This document shows positions 17,739-28,163 of a stretch of DNA of 64,000 bases, piece after piece. Positions within the stretch are counted from its first letter, which is position 1. The number at the start of each line of letters is the position of its first letter. Both the position numbers and the translations under genes were made by a program. The DNA is from Myxococcota bacterium. GTDB lineage: Bacteria > Myxococcota_A > Polyangia > Polyangiales > Sandaracinaceae. The stretch lies in the NCBI GenBank assembly GCA_036149055.1, contig JAYZQJ010000078.1:1-64000 (forward strand). Direction: 5' to 3'. The notes beneath the pieces were generated by a model. The model saw only the letters and a list, made by a program, of their open reading frames with translations. It was not told the DNA's origin and ran no database searches.

Positions 17739-18883
17739 GCACCTCCGTCCCGAGCGACACTCGCGCCAAGACCGCGAAGCAACTTCGAAGACTGCGCGCT
17801 CGGAGGCTGGCCCTCAGGCTGGCTCTCGGCGTCGGTGTCCCTACCCTCCTGGCGGCCCTCTACTTCGGAGCGATCGTCACGCCTCGCTACGAGTCGGTGA
17901 CCTCGTTCACCATCCAGTCGGCCGACGGCGGGGCGCCCGCGAGCGCCCTTCAGATGCTCATCTCGAACGTCCCGGGCACCTCGGGACGGGACGTCATGCT
18001 CGTGCAGGAGTACATCCGGTCTCGAGACATGGTTCGTCACCTCGTGGAGAACCACGGGTACGTGGCCCACTACTCGAGTGACGAGGCCGACCTGATCTCC
18101 CGGCTCGACGCGGACGCGTCATTCGAGGAGGTCTACGGATACTACCTGGACCACGTTCACGTGGAGCACGACACGGCGTCGGGGGTCCTCACGCTTCAGG
18201 TCCAGGCGTTCTCACGCGACAAAGCCTTCGAGCTCGGGCAGGCCATCCTCGCCCACAGCGAGAGCATGGTGAACGCCCTCAGCGCGAGCGCCCGGGAGGA
18301 CCGTATCGCCCTGTCCCAGCAGGAGCTTCGACGCGCCGAGGAGCGCTTGACCAAGGCTCGGGGCGCGCTCCGCGAGCTCCAGAGCGAGCGCGGCGATTTC
18401 AACCCCGTCGCCTCGGCCGAAGCGGTTCTCCAGGTGCGCAGCCGATTGGAGGCTGAGCTCGCGATCGCTCGCGCGGAGCTGAGCACGGTCACGGCGACCA
18501 TGCCCCGCACCTCACCCGAGGTCGTGGCCGCTCGCCGACGAGTGAGCGCCTTGCAGCAGCAGATCGACCAGCAGAGCTCGCGCCTCGTCGGCGACGGCGA
18601 CGAGAGCCTCAACGCGGACTTGGCGCAGTTCGAGCCTCTGGTCATCGAGAAGGAGTTCGCCCAGCGCGCGTACGAGTCGGCGCTGACTTCGATGGAGCTC
18701 GCGCGAGTCGACGCGTCTCGGCAGCACCGCTATCTGGTGAGAATCGCGGGCCCGTCCCGTCCCGACGATTCGTCCCACCCCCGCTTCTGGTATTCGGTGC
18801 TCACCGTCCTGGTCCTGAGCTTCGCGCTCCTCGGCGTGGGCACCCTGCTCCTCGCCTCCATCCGCGAGCACGCGAACGTATGA
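17735..18883 (+). CDS. kpsE: Capsule export inner-membrane adaptor KpsE (PCP-3)
   Basis: Two terminal TM segments; PRYES; EYIRSRDM; coiled coil; ends IREH; ATGA coupling. Confidence 0.92.
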   Translation: MSTSVPSDTRAKTAKQLRRLRARRLALRLALGVGVPTLLAALYFGAIVTPRYESVTSFTIQSADGGAPASALQMLISNVPGTSGRDVMLVQEYIRSRDMVRHLVENHGYVAHYSSDEADLISRLDADASFEEVYGYYLDHVHVEHDTASGVLTLQVQAFSRDKAFELGQAILAHSESMVNALSASAREDRIALSQQELRRAEERLTKARGALRELQSERGDFNPVASAEAVLQVRSRLEAELAIARAELSTVTATMPRTSPEVVAARRRVSALQQQIDQQSSRLVGDGDESLNADLAQFEPLVIEKEFAQRAYESALTSMELARVDASRQHRYLVRIAGPSRPDDSSHPRFWYSVLTVLVLSFALLGVGTLLLASIREHANV

Positions 18884-20481
18884 CCCGCCTCGTCTCCAGC
18901 CTCCTCGCCGCGGCGCTGACGCTCGCGGCGCCCCACGCGCTCGCCCAGGGCGGTGACGCGCCGCCGCCCGAGCCCGCGCCCGAGGGCCCGCAGCCCTATG
19001 GCGCGAACCTCTTCACCGGCAGCTACGCCGCCCAGCGGGAGAACGGGCTCAACCCGGACTACACCATCCTCCCGGGCGACCGGGTGATGGTGAACGCCTG
19101 GGGCGCGGTGACGATCAACGACGTCTTCGGCGTCGACTCGCAGGGCAACATCTTCCTGCCGAGCGTCGGCCCGGTGCACCTCGCCGGGGTGCGGAACGAC
19201 CGCCTCACCGACACGGTGGAGGCCGCGATCCGGCGCGTCTACCGCGGCACCTTCGGCGTGTACACCAACCTGCTCACCGCGAGCCCGGTGGCGGTCTTCG
19301 TGACCGGGGGCGTGCCGCGCCCCGGCCGCTACGCCGGCATCCCGAACGACTCGGTGCTGTTCTTCCTCGACCAGGCGGGCGGCATCGACGCCGACGGCGG
19401 CAGCTACCGCGAGGTGCGCATCATCCGACAGGGCCAGCCCGTCGAGACGATCGACCTCTACGACTTCCTGCTCCGTGGCACGATCCCCACGCCGCAGTTC
19501 GAGGACGGCGACACCATCCTCGTCGGTCGCCGAGGCCCGGTGGTCGAGGTGCGACGGCCCGACCAAGAGCCGGTCCTCGTGGAGCTCGAGGGGGGCGGGG
19601 ACGCGACCGGCGCGCAGGTGCTCGAGGTCGTCAGCAGCGGGGCGCGCGTCAACGGCGTCACCCTCCGCGGCATGCGCGGCGAGCAGTCCACCGTCCGCAC
19701 CCTCAGCCTCGGGGAGCTGGAGCAGGCCGAGCTCGGCGACGGCGACGTGCTGACCTTCCGGGCCGACCTCCGCCCCGACTTCGTCATCGTGCACCTCGAC
19801 GGGGAGTTCCTCGGCCCGAGCGAGCTCGCGGTCCGCCGCGGCACCCGGCTCCTCGATCTCCTCAACTTCGTGCCGGTCGACCCCACCCTCGCCCAGACCG
19901 ACGCGGTCTACATCCGCCGCGACCGGATCCGGCGCGAGCAGCGGCAGGCGCTGCAGGACAGCCTCGACCGGCTCGAGCGCACGACCATGCTCGCGCTGAG
20001 CGACACCGCGAACGAGTCGCAGATCCGCGTCCGCGAGGCCGAGCTGGTGCGCACCTTCGTGGAGCGCGCCCGCGACATCGAGCCGCTCGGCCTGATGGTC
20101 ACCTCGAGCGCCGGCCGCCAGCTGAACGTGATCCTCCAGGACGGCGACACGGTGGTCATCCCGCCCCGCACCAACGTGGTGCACGTGGTCGGCGAGGTGA
20201 ACATCCCGCACGCGGTGATGTACCGGCCGGACCTGAACGTGCACGACTACGTGCGCATGGCGGGCGGGTTCAGCCAGCGCGCCAACCGAGGCGAGTTCAT
20301 CATTCGCCGCGCCAACGCCGAGATCGAGGTCGCCAGCTGGGACACGCCCGTGCACCCCGGCGACCAGGTCATGATTGCCCCCGCCGTGGACGAGAAGTGG
20401 CTGCAGAACGGCATCGACCTGGCACAGGTCGTGTATCAGATCGCCGTGGCCGCCTCGGTCGTCCTCCGGCCGGCCCTCTAG
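18880..20481 (+). CDS. kpsD: Capsule export OPX protein KpsD
   Basis: Signal peptide; PYGANLFTG...[33 protein letters not shown] repeats. Confidence 0.92.
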   Translation: MTRLVSSLLAAALTLAAPHALAQGGDAPPPEPAPEGPQPYGANLFTGSYAAQRENGLNPDYTILPGDRVMVNAWGAVTINDVFGVDSQGNIFLPSVGPVHLAGVRNDRLTDTVEAAIRRVYRGTFGVYTNLLTASPVAVFVTGGVPRPGRYAGIPNDSVLFFLDQAGGIDADGGSYREVRIIRQGQPVETIDLYDFLLRGTIPTPQFEDGDTILVGRRGPVVEVRRPDQEPVLVELEGGGDATGAQVLEVVSSGARVNGVTLRGMRGEQSTVRTLSLGELEQAELGDGDVLTFRADLRPDFVIVHLDGEFLGPSELAVRRGTRLLDLLNFVPVDPTLAQTDAVYIRRDRIRREQRQALQDSLDRLERTTMLALSDTANESQIRVREAELVRTFVERARDIEPLGLMVTSSAGRQLNVILQDGDTVVIPPRTNVVHVVGEVNIPHAVMYRPDLNVHDYVRMAGGFSQRANRGEFIIRRANAEIEVASWDTPVHPGDQVMIAPAVDEKWLQNGIDLAQVVYQIAVAASVVLRPAL

Positions 20482-20492
20482 GAGCACCCACC

Positions 20493-21323
20493 ATGAAGAT
20501 CGCTGGTCACGAAGTCGGTCCCCGTCAGCCTTTCTTTCTGATCGCTGGCCCCTGCGTCATCGAGAGCGCGGATCTCTGCTTTCAGGTCGCGGAGACGATG
20601 AAGGAGATCACCGACCGCCTCGGCATCCCCTACGTCTTCAAGGCGAGCTTCGACAAGGCGAACCGGACCAGCGCGAGCTCGTTCCGGGGTCCCGGCATGG
20701 ACGAGGGGCTGGCCATCCTGGCACAGGTCCGCGACCAGGTTGGCGTACCCATCCTCACGGACATCCACGAGAAGGAGCAGGTCGACGCCGTCTCCTCGGT
20801 GGTGGACGTCATGCAGACGCCGGCCTTCCTGTGCCGCCAGACGGACTTCATCCAGGCGGTGTGCAAGCCGGGCAAGCCGGTGAACATCAAGAAGGGGCAG
20901 TTCTTGGCGCCCTGGGACATGAAGAACGTCGTCGACAAGTGCCGCGAGGTCGGCAACGAGAACGTCATGGTCTGCGAGCGCGGCGTGAGCTTCGGCTACA
21001 ACACGCTCGTCAGCGACATGCGCGGCCTCGCGCTGATGCGAGAGTCGGGCGCGCCGGTCGTCTTCGACGCGACCCACTCGGTGCAGCAGCCGGGCGGACA
21101 GGGCACCGCGAGCGGCGGACAGTCGCAGCTGGTCCCGGTGGTCGCGCGCGCCGCGATCGCGAGCGGCGTCAGCGGCGTCTTCATGGAGACGCACCCCGAC
21201 CCGTCCAAGGCGCTCAGCGACGGCCCCAACATGTGGCCGCTCCACCGCATGGAGGAGCTGCTGAGCGTGCTCGTCGAGATCGACCGCGCGGTCAAGAAGC
21301 AGCCCTACGCCGAAGGACTGTGA
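20493..21323 (+). CDS. kdsA: KDO 8-phosphate synthase
   Basis: [46 protein letters not shown]. Confidence 0.97.
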   Translation: MKIAGHEVGPRQPFFLIAGPCVIESADLCFQVAETMKEITDRLGIPYVFKASFDKANRTSASSFRGPGMDEGLAILAQVRDQVGVPILTDIHEKEQVDAVSSVVDVMQTPAFLCRQTDFIQAVCKPGKPVNIKKGQFLAPWDMKNVVDKCREVGNENVMVCERGVSFGYNTLVSDMRGLALMRESGAPVVFDATHSVQQPGGQGTASGGQSQLVPVVARAAIASGVSGVFMETHPDPSKALSDGPNMWPLHRMEELLSVLVEIDRAVKKQPYAEGL

Positions 21324-21325
21324 TC

Positions 21326-21853
21326 ATGCGCGAGCGCGCGGCGCGGCTGAAGCTCCTGATCCTCGATGTGGACGGCGTGCTGACGGACGGCTCCCTCGTC
21401 TACTCGGCGGAGGGTGAGGTCCTCAAGACCTTCCACGTGCGAGACGGCCTCGGCATCAAGCTGCTGCAGCAGCAGGGCGTCGAGGTGGCGGTGATCAGCG
21501 GCAAGACGGGTGGCCCTCTGAAGCGCCGCCTCGACGACCTCGGGGTGCGGCGCGCCTACCTCGGCCGCGAGGACAAGCAGGTGGCCTACGCGGATCTGCT
21601 GCGCGAGGCCGGCGTGCGTGACGAGGAGGTGGGCTACGTGGGCGACGACCTCATCGATCTCCCGGTGATGCGCCGGGTCGGGCTCCCCATGAGCATCGCG
21701 GACGGACACGCGTGCGCCCGGGACGCGGCCGCGTACGTGAGCACCCTCCCCGGCGGCCGCGGCGCGGTTCGAGAGATCGCCGACGCGATCCTCGACGCGC
21801 GCGGCGAGCGCGACGCGGCCTACGCCCGCTACCTGGCGGAGCACGGGGGATGA
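21326..21853 (+). CDS. kdsC: KDO 8-phosphate phosphatase (HAD)
   Basis: [34 protein letters not shown]. Confidence 0.95.
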   Translation: MRERAARLKLLILDVDGVLTDGSLVYSAEGEVLKTFHVRDGLGIKLLQQQGVEVAVISGKTGGPLKRRLDDLGVRRAYLGREDKQVAYADLLREAGVRDEEVGYVGDDLIDLPVMRRVGLPMSIADGHACARDAAAYVSTLPGGRGAVREIADAILDARGERDAAYARYLAEHGG

Positions 21854-22602
21854 CGCGCTTCCACGTCGTGGTCCCGGCGCGCTACGCGTCGGAGCGTCTG
21901 CCGGGCAAGCCGCTCAGCGACATCGGCGGCAAGCCCATGGTGGTCCGCTGCATGGAGGTCGCCCAGCGCGCTGGCGCCGAGCGGGTGCTCGCGGCGGTCG
22001 ACGACGAGCGCATCGCCGAGGCCGTGCGCGAGGCCGGGCACGAGGCGGTCATGACGTCGCCCGCGCACGCCAGCGGCACCGACCGCCTCGCCGAGGTCGC
22101 CGAGACGCTCCGCTTCGGCGACGACGAAATCGTCGTCAACCTGCAGGGCGACGAGCCCCTCGTGCCGCCGCGGCTCCTCTCCGCCCTCGCCGCCGCGCTC
22201 GAGGCGCACCCTCGCGCCGGCATCGCGACGATGGCGACGCCGATCCGCGACGCCGCGTCGCTCTTCACCGAGAGCGTGGTGAAGGTCGTCACCGACGACG
22301 CGGGCTACGCCCTCACCTTCAGCCGCGCGCCCATCCCCTGGGTCCGAGGCCTGTTCCCGACGGAGACGCTCCCGGACGGCGTCCCCTTCCTCCGCCACCT
22401 CGGCCTCTACGCCTACCGGGCCTCCACGCTGCGGCGGGTCAGCGCCGCGCCGCAGGCCGCCATCGAGAGGGCCGAGTCGCTCGAACAGCTCCGCGCGCTG
22501 GCGATGGGCATCCCGATTCACGTGACCGTGCTCGACGAGGCCCCGCCGCACGGCGTGGACACCCCCGAAGACCTCGAGCGAGTCCGGGCCGGCTGGGGCT
22601 GA
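21850..22602 (+). CDS. kdsB: CMP-Kdo synthetase (KdsB/KpsU)
   Basis: [55 protein letters not shown]. Confidence 0.96.
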   Translation: MTRFHVVVPARYASERLPGKPLSDIGGKPMVVRCMEVAQRAGAERVLAAVDDERIAEAVREAGHEAVMTSPAHASGTDRLAEVAETLRFGDDEIVVNLQGDEPLVPPRLLSALAAALEAHPRAGIATMATPIRDAASLFTESVVKVVTDDAGYALTFSRAPIPWVRGLFPTETLPDGVPFLRHLGLYAYRASTLRRVSAAPQAAIERAESLEQLRALAMGIPIHVTVLDEAPPHGVDTPEDLERVRAGWG

Positions 22603-22643
22603 CTTGCGCCGCGGCCGGGAGGCCGAAAAGCTTCGCGACCTCC

Positions 22644-24665
22644 ATGCCTTCGACCTTCGCATCCGAGCCGCTCGAGGGGCTGCGCGTGGGAGTTTTCTCT
22701 CCCGGGATCCGTCGCATTCCCCACCTGCAGGCGTTCCTGGGAGCGAGCCGTGTGATCTTCCTGCCGGGACCGGCGCGGCGCGTGGATGCGGTCGTCGGCT
22801 GGGGGCGGAAACCCAGCGCCCGCCGCGCACGGCGCTACGCCAGCAGGCAAGGGATCCCGTTCGTCGCTCTCGAGGACGGGTTCCTCCGCTCGCTCGACCT
22901 CGGGGTACACGGCGAGGCTCCGATGTCGCTCGTGGTGGATGACCGCGGCATCTACTACGACTCTCGAGAGCCCAGCCGGCTCGAGTCCCTGATCACTTCG
23001 AGCAACCTGAGCTCGGACGATCGGGGAGACGTTCGCCGCGCGATGGAGCGTCTCCGCGAAGCCCGACTCTCGAAGTACAACGCCTCGCCGGAGGTCGACT
23101 TGGGACCGCGTCGCGCAGACCGCGTGCTCGTCGTGGACCAGACCGCCGGCGACCTCTCCCTCCGCTATGGCGGGTGCGACGAGAGGACCTTCGAGGACAT
23201 GCTGACCGCGGCGCTGGACGAGAACCCCGGCGCTGACGTCTGGGTGAAGACGCACCCGGATGTCCTCGCACGTCGCCGCGAGGGACTGGCCCGGCGCGCC
23301 GAGCGACCGCGGCTCCGTTGGCTCGACCGACCTGCGCACCCCGCGGCGCTCTTCGACCAGATCGACCGCGTATACGTGATGACCTCCCTCATGGGTTTCG
23401 AGGCGCTCATCTGGGGCAAGCCAGTGACTTGCTTCGGGGCCCCGTTCTACGCCGGCTGGGGCGTCACGGACGATCGTGGCCCCGTGCCGACACGACGCCA
23501 GGCTCGTCGAAGCGTCGAGGAGATCTTCGACGCCGCGTACCTTCGGTACGCCCGGTACGTGGATCCCGAGACGGGGCGACGATGCACGATCGATCGCGTG
23601 GTCGAAGACCTCGCGCTGCGGCGACGTCGAGCAGAGCTGGACCGGGGTGCGATCACCGGAGTCGGATTCTCCGCCTGGAAGCGACGCATCGTGCCCCGCT
23701 TCGTGGGCGGTCCCGGCACGACGCTACGCTTCGTTGGGGATGTCGACTCGACGACCGACGGCGAACGGCTCCTGGTGTGGGGCAGCCGCGAGGTACCCGA
23801 GGGGCGCGAGGTGTGGCGAATGGAAGACGGCTTCCTTCGCTCGGTAGGATTGGGCTCGGATCTCTACTCCCCTTCATCCCTCGTCGTCGACCGACGGGGC
23901 ATCTACTACGACCCCAGCGTCCCCAGTGAGCTCGAGCACCTACTCGAGAGCGCAGATGTGAGCGAGACCGAGCTCGAGCGAGCACGGCACCTGAGGCAGG
24001 TCATCGTCGAACGCGGCCTCAGCAAGTACAATCTCTTGGGGTCGCGTCGGCGCGTCGGTGTCGGTGAACAGGGGCGCCGCGTCGCGCTCGTCATCGGACA
24101 GGTCGAGGACGACGCCTCCATCCGCCTGGGCACGGTGGATATCGCGCGAAACGAAGACCTGCTCCGCGCAGTCCGCCTCGTACGCCCGAACGCCCATCTG
24201 GTTTACAAGCCTCACCCCGATGTGGTGAGTGGCAACCGACGCGACTCGTTGCCGCTCCGGCTGGCGAAGGTCCTGTGCGACGAGGTGGTCACCGACGGCA
24301 CGCTCGCAGACTGCCTGGCTGCTGCTCAGGAGGTCCACACGATGACCTCACTCGTGGGGTTCGAGGCCCTGCTGCGCGGCCTCTCGGTGCACGTATACGG
24401 GCTCCCCTTCTACGCCGGGTGGGGCCTCACCTCGGACCGACACGCACACCCCCGCAGGACGCGACGTCGTACCCTGGACGAGCTGGTCGCCTTGACTCTC
24501 ATCCGCTACCCACGATACGCGAGCGCCGTCACCGATCGCCCCACCACACCGGAGGTGGTCGTGGCGCAGCTTGCTTCCGCGCGGATGGCGACGGGCGGCG
24601 GCAGGCCCGGTCGCGCCTGGACGAAGCTCTGGAATCTCCTCCGCGAGGTCAGCGGTGCTCCCTGA
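22644..24665 (+). CDS. kpsC: Dual-domain beta-Kdo transferase KpsC
   Basis: Two repeats of EDGFLRS / GIYYD / SKYN / QxxxD / HPD / TSLxGFEAL / PFYAGWG. Confidence 0.95.
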   Translation: MPSTFASEPLEGLRVGVFSPGIRRIPHLQAFLGASRVIFLPGPARRVDAVVGWGRKPSARRARRYASRQGIPFVALEDGFLRSLDLGVHGEAPMSLVVDDRGIYYDSREPSRLESLITSSNLSSDDRGDVRRAMERLREARLSKYNASPEVDLGPRRADRVLVVDQTAGDLSLRYGGCDERTFEDMLTAALDENPGADVWVKTHPDVLARRREGLARRAERPRLRWLDRPAHPAALFDQIDRVYVMTSLMGFEALIWGKPVTCFGAPFYAGWGVTDDRGPVPTRRQARRSVEEIFDAAYLRYARYVDPETGRRCTIDRVVEDLALRRRRAELDRGAITGVGFSAWKRRIVPRFVGGPGTTLRFVGDVDSTTDGERLLVWGSREVPEGREVWRMEDGFLRSVGLGSDLYSPSSLVVDRRGIYYDPSVPSELEHLLESADVSETELERARHLRQVIVERGLSKYNLLGSRRRVGVGEQGRRVALVIGQVEDDASIRLGTVDIARNEDLLRAVRLVRPNAHLVYKPHPDVVSGNRRDSLPLRLAKVLCDEVVTDGTLADCLAAAQEVHTMTSLVGFEALLRGLSVHVYGLPFYAGWGLTSDRHAHPRRTRRRTLDELVALTLIRYPRYASAVTDRPTTPEVVVAQLASARMATGGGRPGRAWTKLWNLLREVSGAP

Positions 24666-25893
24666 TCTGAACATCAGCCACGCGCTACTCCTTCAGGGTC
24701 CCGCAGGCCCGTTCATGCGCCGCTTCGCCGATGAGCTTCGTGCGCAGGGCATCGCGGCCACGAAGGTGAACTTTCATGCGGGGGACGCGGTCTTCTTCCG
24801 CGGTCCCGATGCGCTGTCCTACCGTGGCCGCTTCGACGAGTGGCCCGCCTTCGTCGAACGACTCATCGTCGAGAGGGGCATCGATGGTGTGTTCGCGTTC
24901 GGCGATTGCCGTCCGCTGCACCGCATGGCGTTCGAGGTGTCCCGCGGCCTCGGGGTCAAGGTGTTCGCGTTCGAAGAGGGCTACCTGCGTCCCGATTGGA
25001 TCACCCTCGAACAGGGCGGCGTCAACGGCAACAGCGAGATGCCGCGCGACCCCAGCTTCTACGAGAGCCTCTCGTTGCCGGACTTGCCGGAAGCCACGCC
25101 CATCGGCGCCAGCTTTCACTACAACAGCTGGTACTCGACGCTGAGCGCCCTCGCCTTCACGCACCTCAACGGTGGCTATCCGCACTACCAGCATCACCGA
25201 CCGCTGAACGCCTGGTACCACACGTTCGTCTGGTGCCGGAACGTGCTCAGGAAGCGTCGGTTCGCGTGGCAAGAGCGCCATATGATGAGCGAGCTGACCG
25301 GACCGCTCTCCGGGCGGTACTTCTTCGTTCCGCTTCAGGTGCACTGCGACTTCCAGATTCTCCACTCTCCGTACGACAACGTGTTGCAGTTCGTGGAAGA
25401 GGTCGTCGCCACCTTCGCCGAACACGGGAGGGCGTCCGACCACATTCTGTTCAAGCACCATCCCATGGATCGAGCGTACCGGGAGTACGGTGACCTCTTC
25501 CGGAAACACGCGCGCCAGTACGGCCTCGAGGGGCGGCTGCACTACTGCCACGACCTTCACCTCCCAACGCTCCTGAAGAACGCGAAGGGCACGATCACCA
25601 TCAACAGCACGGTGGGCCTGAGCTCGATGTTCCACGGGACACCCGTCGTCTGTCTCGGCACCGCCGTCTACGACATGCCAGGACTCACGCATCGGGGAGA
25701 CCTCTCCTCCTTCCTCGACGCTCCCGGCACCGTCGACGCGCAGCTCTACGAGTCTTTCAGGCGCTACCTGCTACACGTGAACCAGGTGAACGGGAGCTTC
25801 TACAAGCGCCTCCCCGGGGTCCCCACACCGACCGGTGCTCGCTGGTTTCCTGGGCTCCCAGCGGAGCTCGCCGACGGGTCCAACTCCAGGTGA
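24655..25893 (+). CDS. kpsS: Kdo transferase KpsS (lipid primer)
   Basis: LLLQGP; FGDCRPLH; FEEGYLRP; GVNGNS; PLQVHCDFQ; KHHPMDR; INSTVG. Start GTG 24655 inferred. Confidence 0.93.
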   Translation: MLPDLNISHALLLQGPAGPFMRRFADELRAQGIAATKVNFHAGDAVFFRGPDALSYRGRFDEWPAFVERLIVERGIDGVFAFGDCRPLHRMAFEVSRGLGVKVFAFEEGYLRPDWITLEQGGVNGNSEMPRDPSFYESLSLPDLPEATPIGASFHYNSWYSTLSALAFTHLNGGYPHYQHHRPLNAWYHTFVWCRNVLRKRRFAWQERHMMSELTGPLSGRYFFVPLQVHCDFQILHSPYDNVLQFVEEVVATFAEHGRASDHILFKHHPMDRAYREYGDLFRKHARQYGLEGRLHYCHDLHLPTLLKNAKGTITINSTVGLSSMFHGTPVVCLGTAVYDMPGLTHRGDLSSFLDAPGTVDAQLYESFRRYLLHVNQVNGSFYKRLPGVPTPTGARWFPGLPAELADGSNSR

Positions 25894-28163
25894 GCGCCCA
25901 CCGTACGCTCGCCCTCGGCCGACGACGGTCACGCTTCTACCGTTCCATCCGATCGGCCATGTTCGCCTTCGGCGAGGTCGTCTTCCTGGACGAGCGCACG
26001 CGAGGAGCGGAGGCGGCGCTCGCCGCGTTTCACCGGGGCGGCTTCGATCAGGTGTTGATGCCCAACCCGTATGGCAACGCAACCAGGTTGCGGGTCTACC
26101 GGGAGCTGCGCGCCTCGGGAGCACGGGTGATCGCCAGCGATCGCGGAGCCCTCCCGGACACCTGGTTCTTCGACGGGGGCTTCAACGCCGACTCCGACTC
26201 GTACCGGCCCGAACACTGGGATCACCCCCTACCGCTCGAGGAGCAGGATGCGACTCGCGACTATCTCAGGAGGCTTCGTGGAGGGGGGCGCGCACTCGAG
26301 GAGCAGGGGCCGCGCCGCGGCGCTTCCAGGCTTCGACGCACACTGGGGCTCGAGGGCCAGCGGGTGCTCTTCGTGCCACTTCAGCGACCGCGCGACACCG
26401 TCGTTCGCTACTTCGCCGACAACGTCGATGGTCTGGAAGGTTTCCTGACGTTCGTACGCGACCTGACGAGTCGACTCGCACGAGGCGGAGACCACCCGTG
26501 GGTCGTCGTCTACAAGAAGCATCCTCTCGAGCGCGACGCTCCAACCGTGCAGGGGGCGGTCCGAGCACCGGATGAGGCGCACGTTCACGACCTGCTCGAC
26601 ATGGCGGATGCCACGCTCGTGCTCAACAGCGGCGTCGGCCTACTGAGTCTCGCCTTCGGCAAGCCGACGCTACACGTGGGTGAGGTCTTCTATGGCGCGC
26701 CCGGCCTCTCCATCTCGGTGCGGAGCCCGGACGCAGCCGCTGAGCACCTGACGAATGCGACGCCACAGCCCGACCCCGAGAAGGTCGAACGGTTCGTCCA
26801 TCACCTCACGCGCCGCGTCTACTCCTTCGTCGATCCGCGGACTGAGCTCGAGAGTGAGGCAGGTGGCGCCTTGCGCCGCGTCACGCGCTCGCTTCGCTTT
26901 CGCACCCTCAACGTCCTGGGTCGGGCCATCGAGGTCGACTCGCCGAGAGTGTTGGTGCTCTGTCCACTCACGCCATGGCCATCGAGCCGAGGCAGCCAGA
27001 GCCGAATGGATGCGATGATCCGCGGGCTCATCGACCGGGGCGCTCGTGTCGACCTCGCGGTGCTCGACTCATCACAACCGGCGCCGACACAGACCGCGAC
27101 TCGACTCCGCGAACGCTACCCCGAGGCGGGCGCGGTGGTCGTTCATCCGCACCCGCACGGGCGCGGGTCCTGGCACCGACGCGTCGACCGCCTCCTCGAC
27201 GCAGTGACGGGCGACCTTCATCGGATCGCCAACCGATCGACCTGCCCCCCGTCTTTCCGGCGGGCCGTCCGGAATCTGTGTGCTCGCCGCCAACCAGACT
27301 ACATCCTGGTGAACTACGCGAAGCTGACCCCGGCGCTCCCTCGAGACCTCGACGCGATACGGGTGGTGGATACGCACGACCATCAGACGGCTCTTCTTCG
27401 CGAGGACCAATCGAAGAACCGGATCCGCCGATGGGTGAACCTGTCGCGGTTCGCCGAGAGCGAGTCACGCGCGCTCGCGCGATACGACCGGCTCATCGCG
27501 ATCGGCGAGTCGGAGGCGCGCACGTTCGCGTCGCTCTGTCCGACCGCCGAGGTCCACTGCATCCCTGCCTTCACACCGGCGCGGGTAGACGAGGGGGTGG
27601 AGACCGACATCGACATGCTCTTCGTCGGTTCGATCAGCAACTTCAACGTCAAGGGCCTCAGGTGGTTCGTGGACGAAGTCCTTCCCCTCGTCCGCCGTGA
27701 CTTGCCCGACCTGGTCCTGACGGTCGTGGGCAGCGTCACGCGAGCCCGCGAGTTGAGCCTCCGGACTCGAGGGGTGCGCGCGCTGGGCGTCGTGTCCGAT
27801 CTCGACAGCGTCTACGCGCGGTCGCGCCTGGTGATCGCACCTCTGCTCGGGGGAGCAGGCATGAAGATCAAGGTGGTCGAAGCGCTCTCGCGCGGAAAGC
27901 CGCTGGTCTGCACCCACCACGCCGCAGAGGGCATCGCCCTGACGCACGGTGTCAGCGCGTGGCTCGCCGACGCGCCGCACGACTTCGCCCGCGGCGTGGT
28001 CGCGCTGTCGAGAGACGAAGAGCTTCGAGGACGGATCGCGGTCGGCGGGCGAGCTGTCCACGCGGAGGACCATTCACCAGAGGCAGCCGCGAGTCGGCTG
28101 TCGGCTGTGTTCCGTCTGGGCCCCGTTCAGCCGACGTCCGTGGGCGCCCACGGCACGAAGTAG
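25890..28163 (+). CDS. Fusion protein: N-terminal KpsS/KpsC-like (beta-Kdo transferase-like) domain plus C-terminal GT4-like glycosyltransferase
   Basis: N half: DRGALPD, LFVPLQRPRD, KKHP, LNSGVG. C half: VNYA, VVDTHD, FVGSISNFN, GMKIKVVEAL. Confidence 0.8.
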   Translation: MSAHRTLALGRRRSRFYRSIRSAMFAFGEVVFLDERTRGAEAALAAFHRGGFDQVLMPNPYGNATRLRVYRELRASGARVIASDRGALPDTWFFDGGFNADSDSYRPEHWDHPLPLEEQDATRDYLRRLRGGGRALEEQGPRRGASRLRRTLGLEGQRVLFVPLQRPRDTVVRYFADNVDGLEGFLTFVRDLTSRLARGGDHPWVVVYKKHPLERDAPTVQGAVRAPDEAHVHDLLDMADATLVLNSGVGLLSLAFGKPTLHVGEVFYGAPGLSISVRSPDAAAEHLTNATPQPDPEKVERFVHHLTRRVYSFVDPRTELESEAGGALRRVTRSLRFRTLNVLGRAIEVDSPRVLVLCPLTPWPSSRGSQSRMDAMIRGLIDRGARVDLAVLDSSQPAPTQTATRLRERYPEAGAVVVHPHPHGRGSWHRRVDRLLDAVTGDLHRIANRSTCPPSFRRAVRNLCARRQPDYILVNYAKLTPALPRDLDAIRVVDTHDHQTALLREDQSKNRIRRWVNLSRFAESESRALARYDRLIAIGESEARTFASLCPTAEVHCIPAFTPARVDEGVETDIDMLFVGSISNFNVKGLRWFVDEVLPLVRRDLPDLVLTVVGSVTRARELSLRTRGVRALGVVSDLDSVYARSRLVIAPLLGGAGMKIKVVEALSRGKPLVCTHHAAEGIALTHGVSAWLADAPHDFARGVVALSRDEELRGRIAVGGRAVHAEDHSPEAAASRLSAVFRLGPVQPTSVGAHGTK

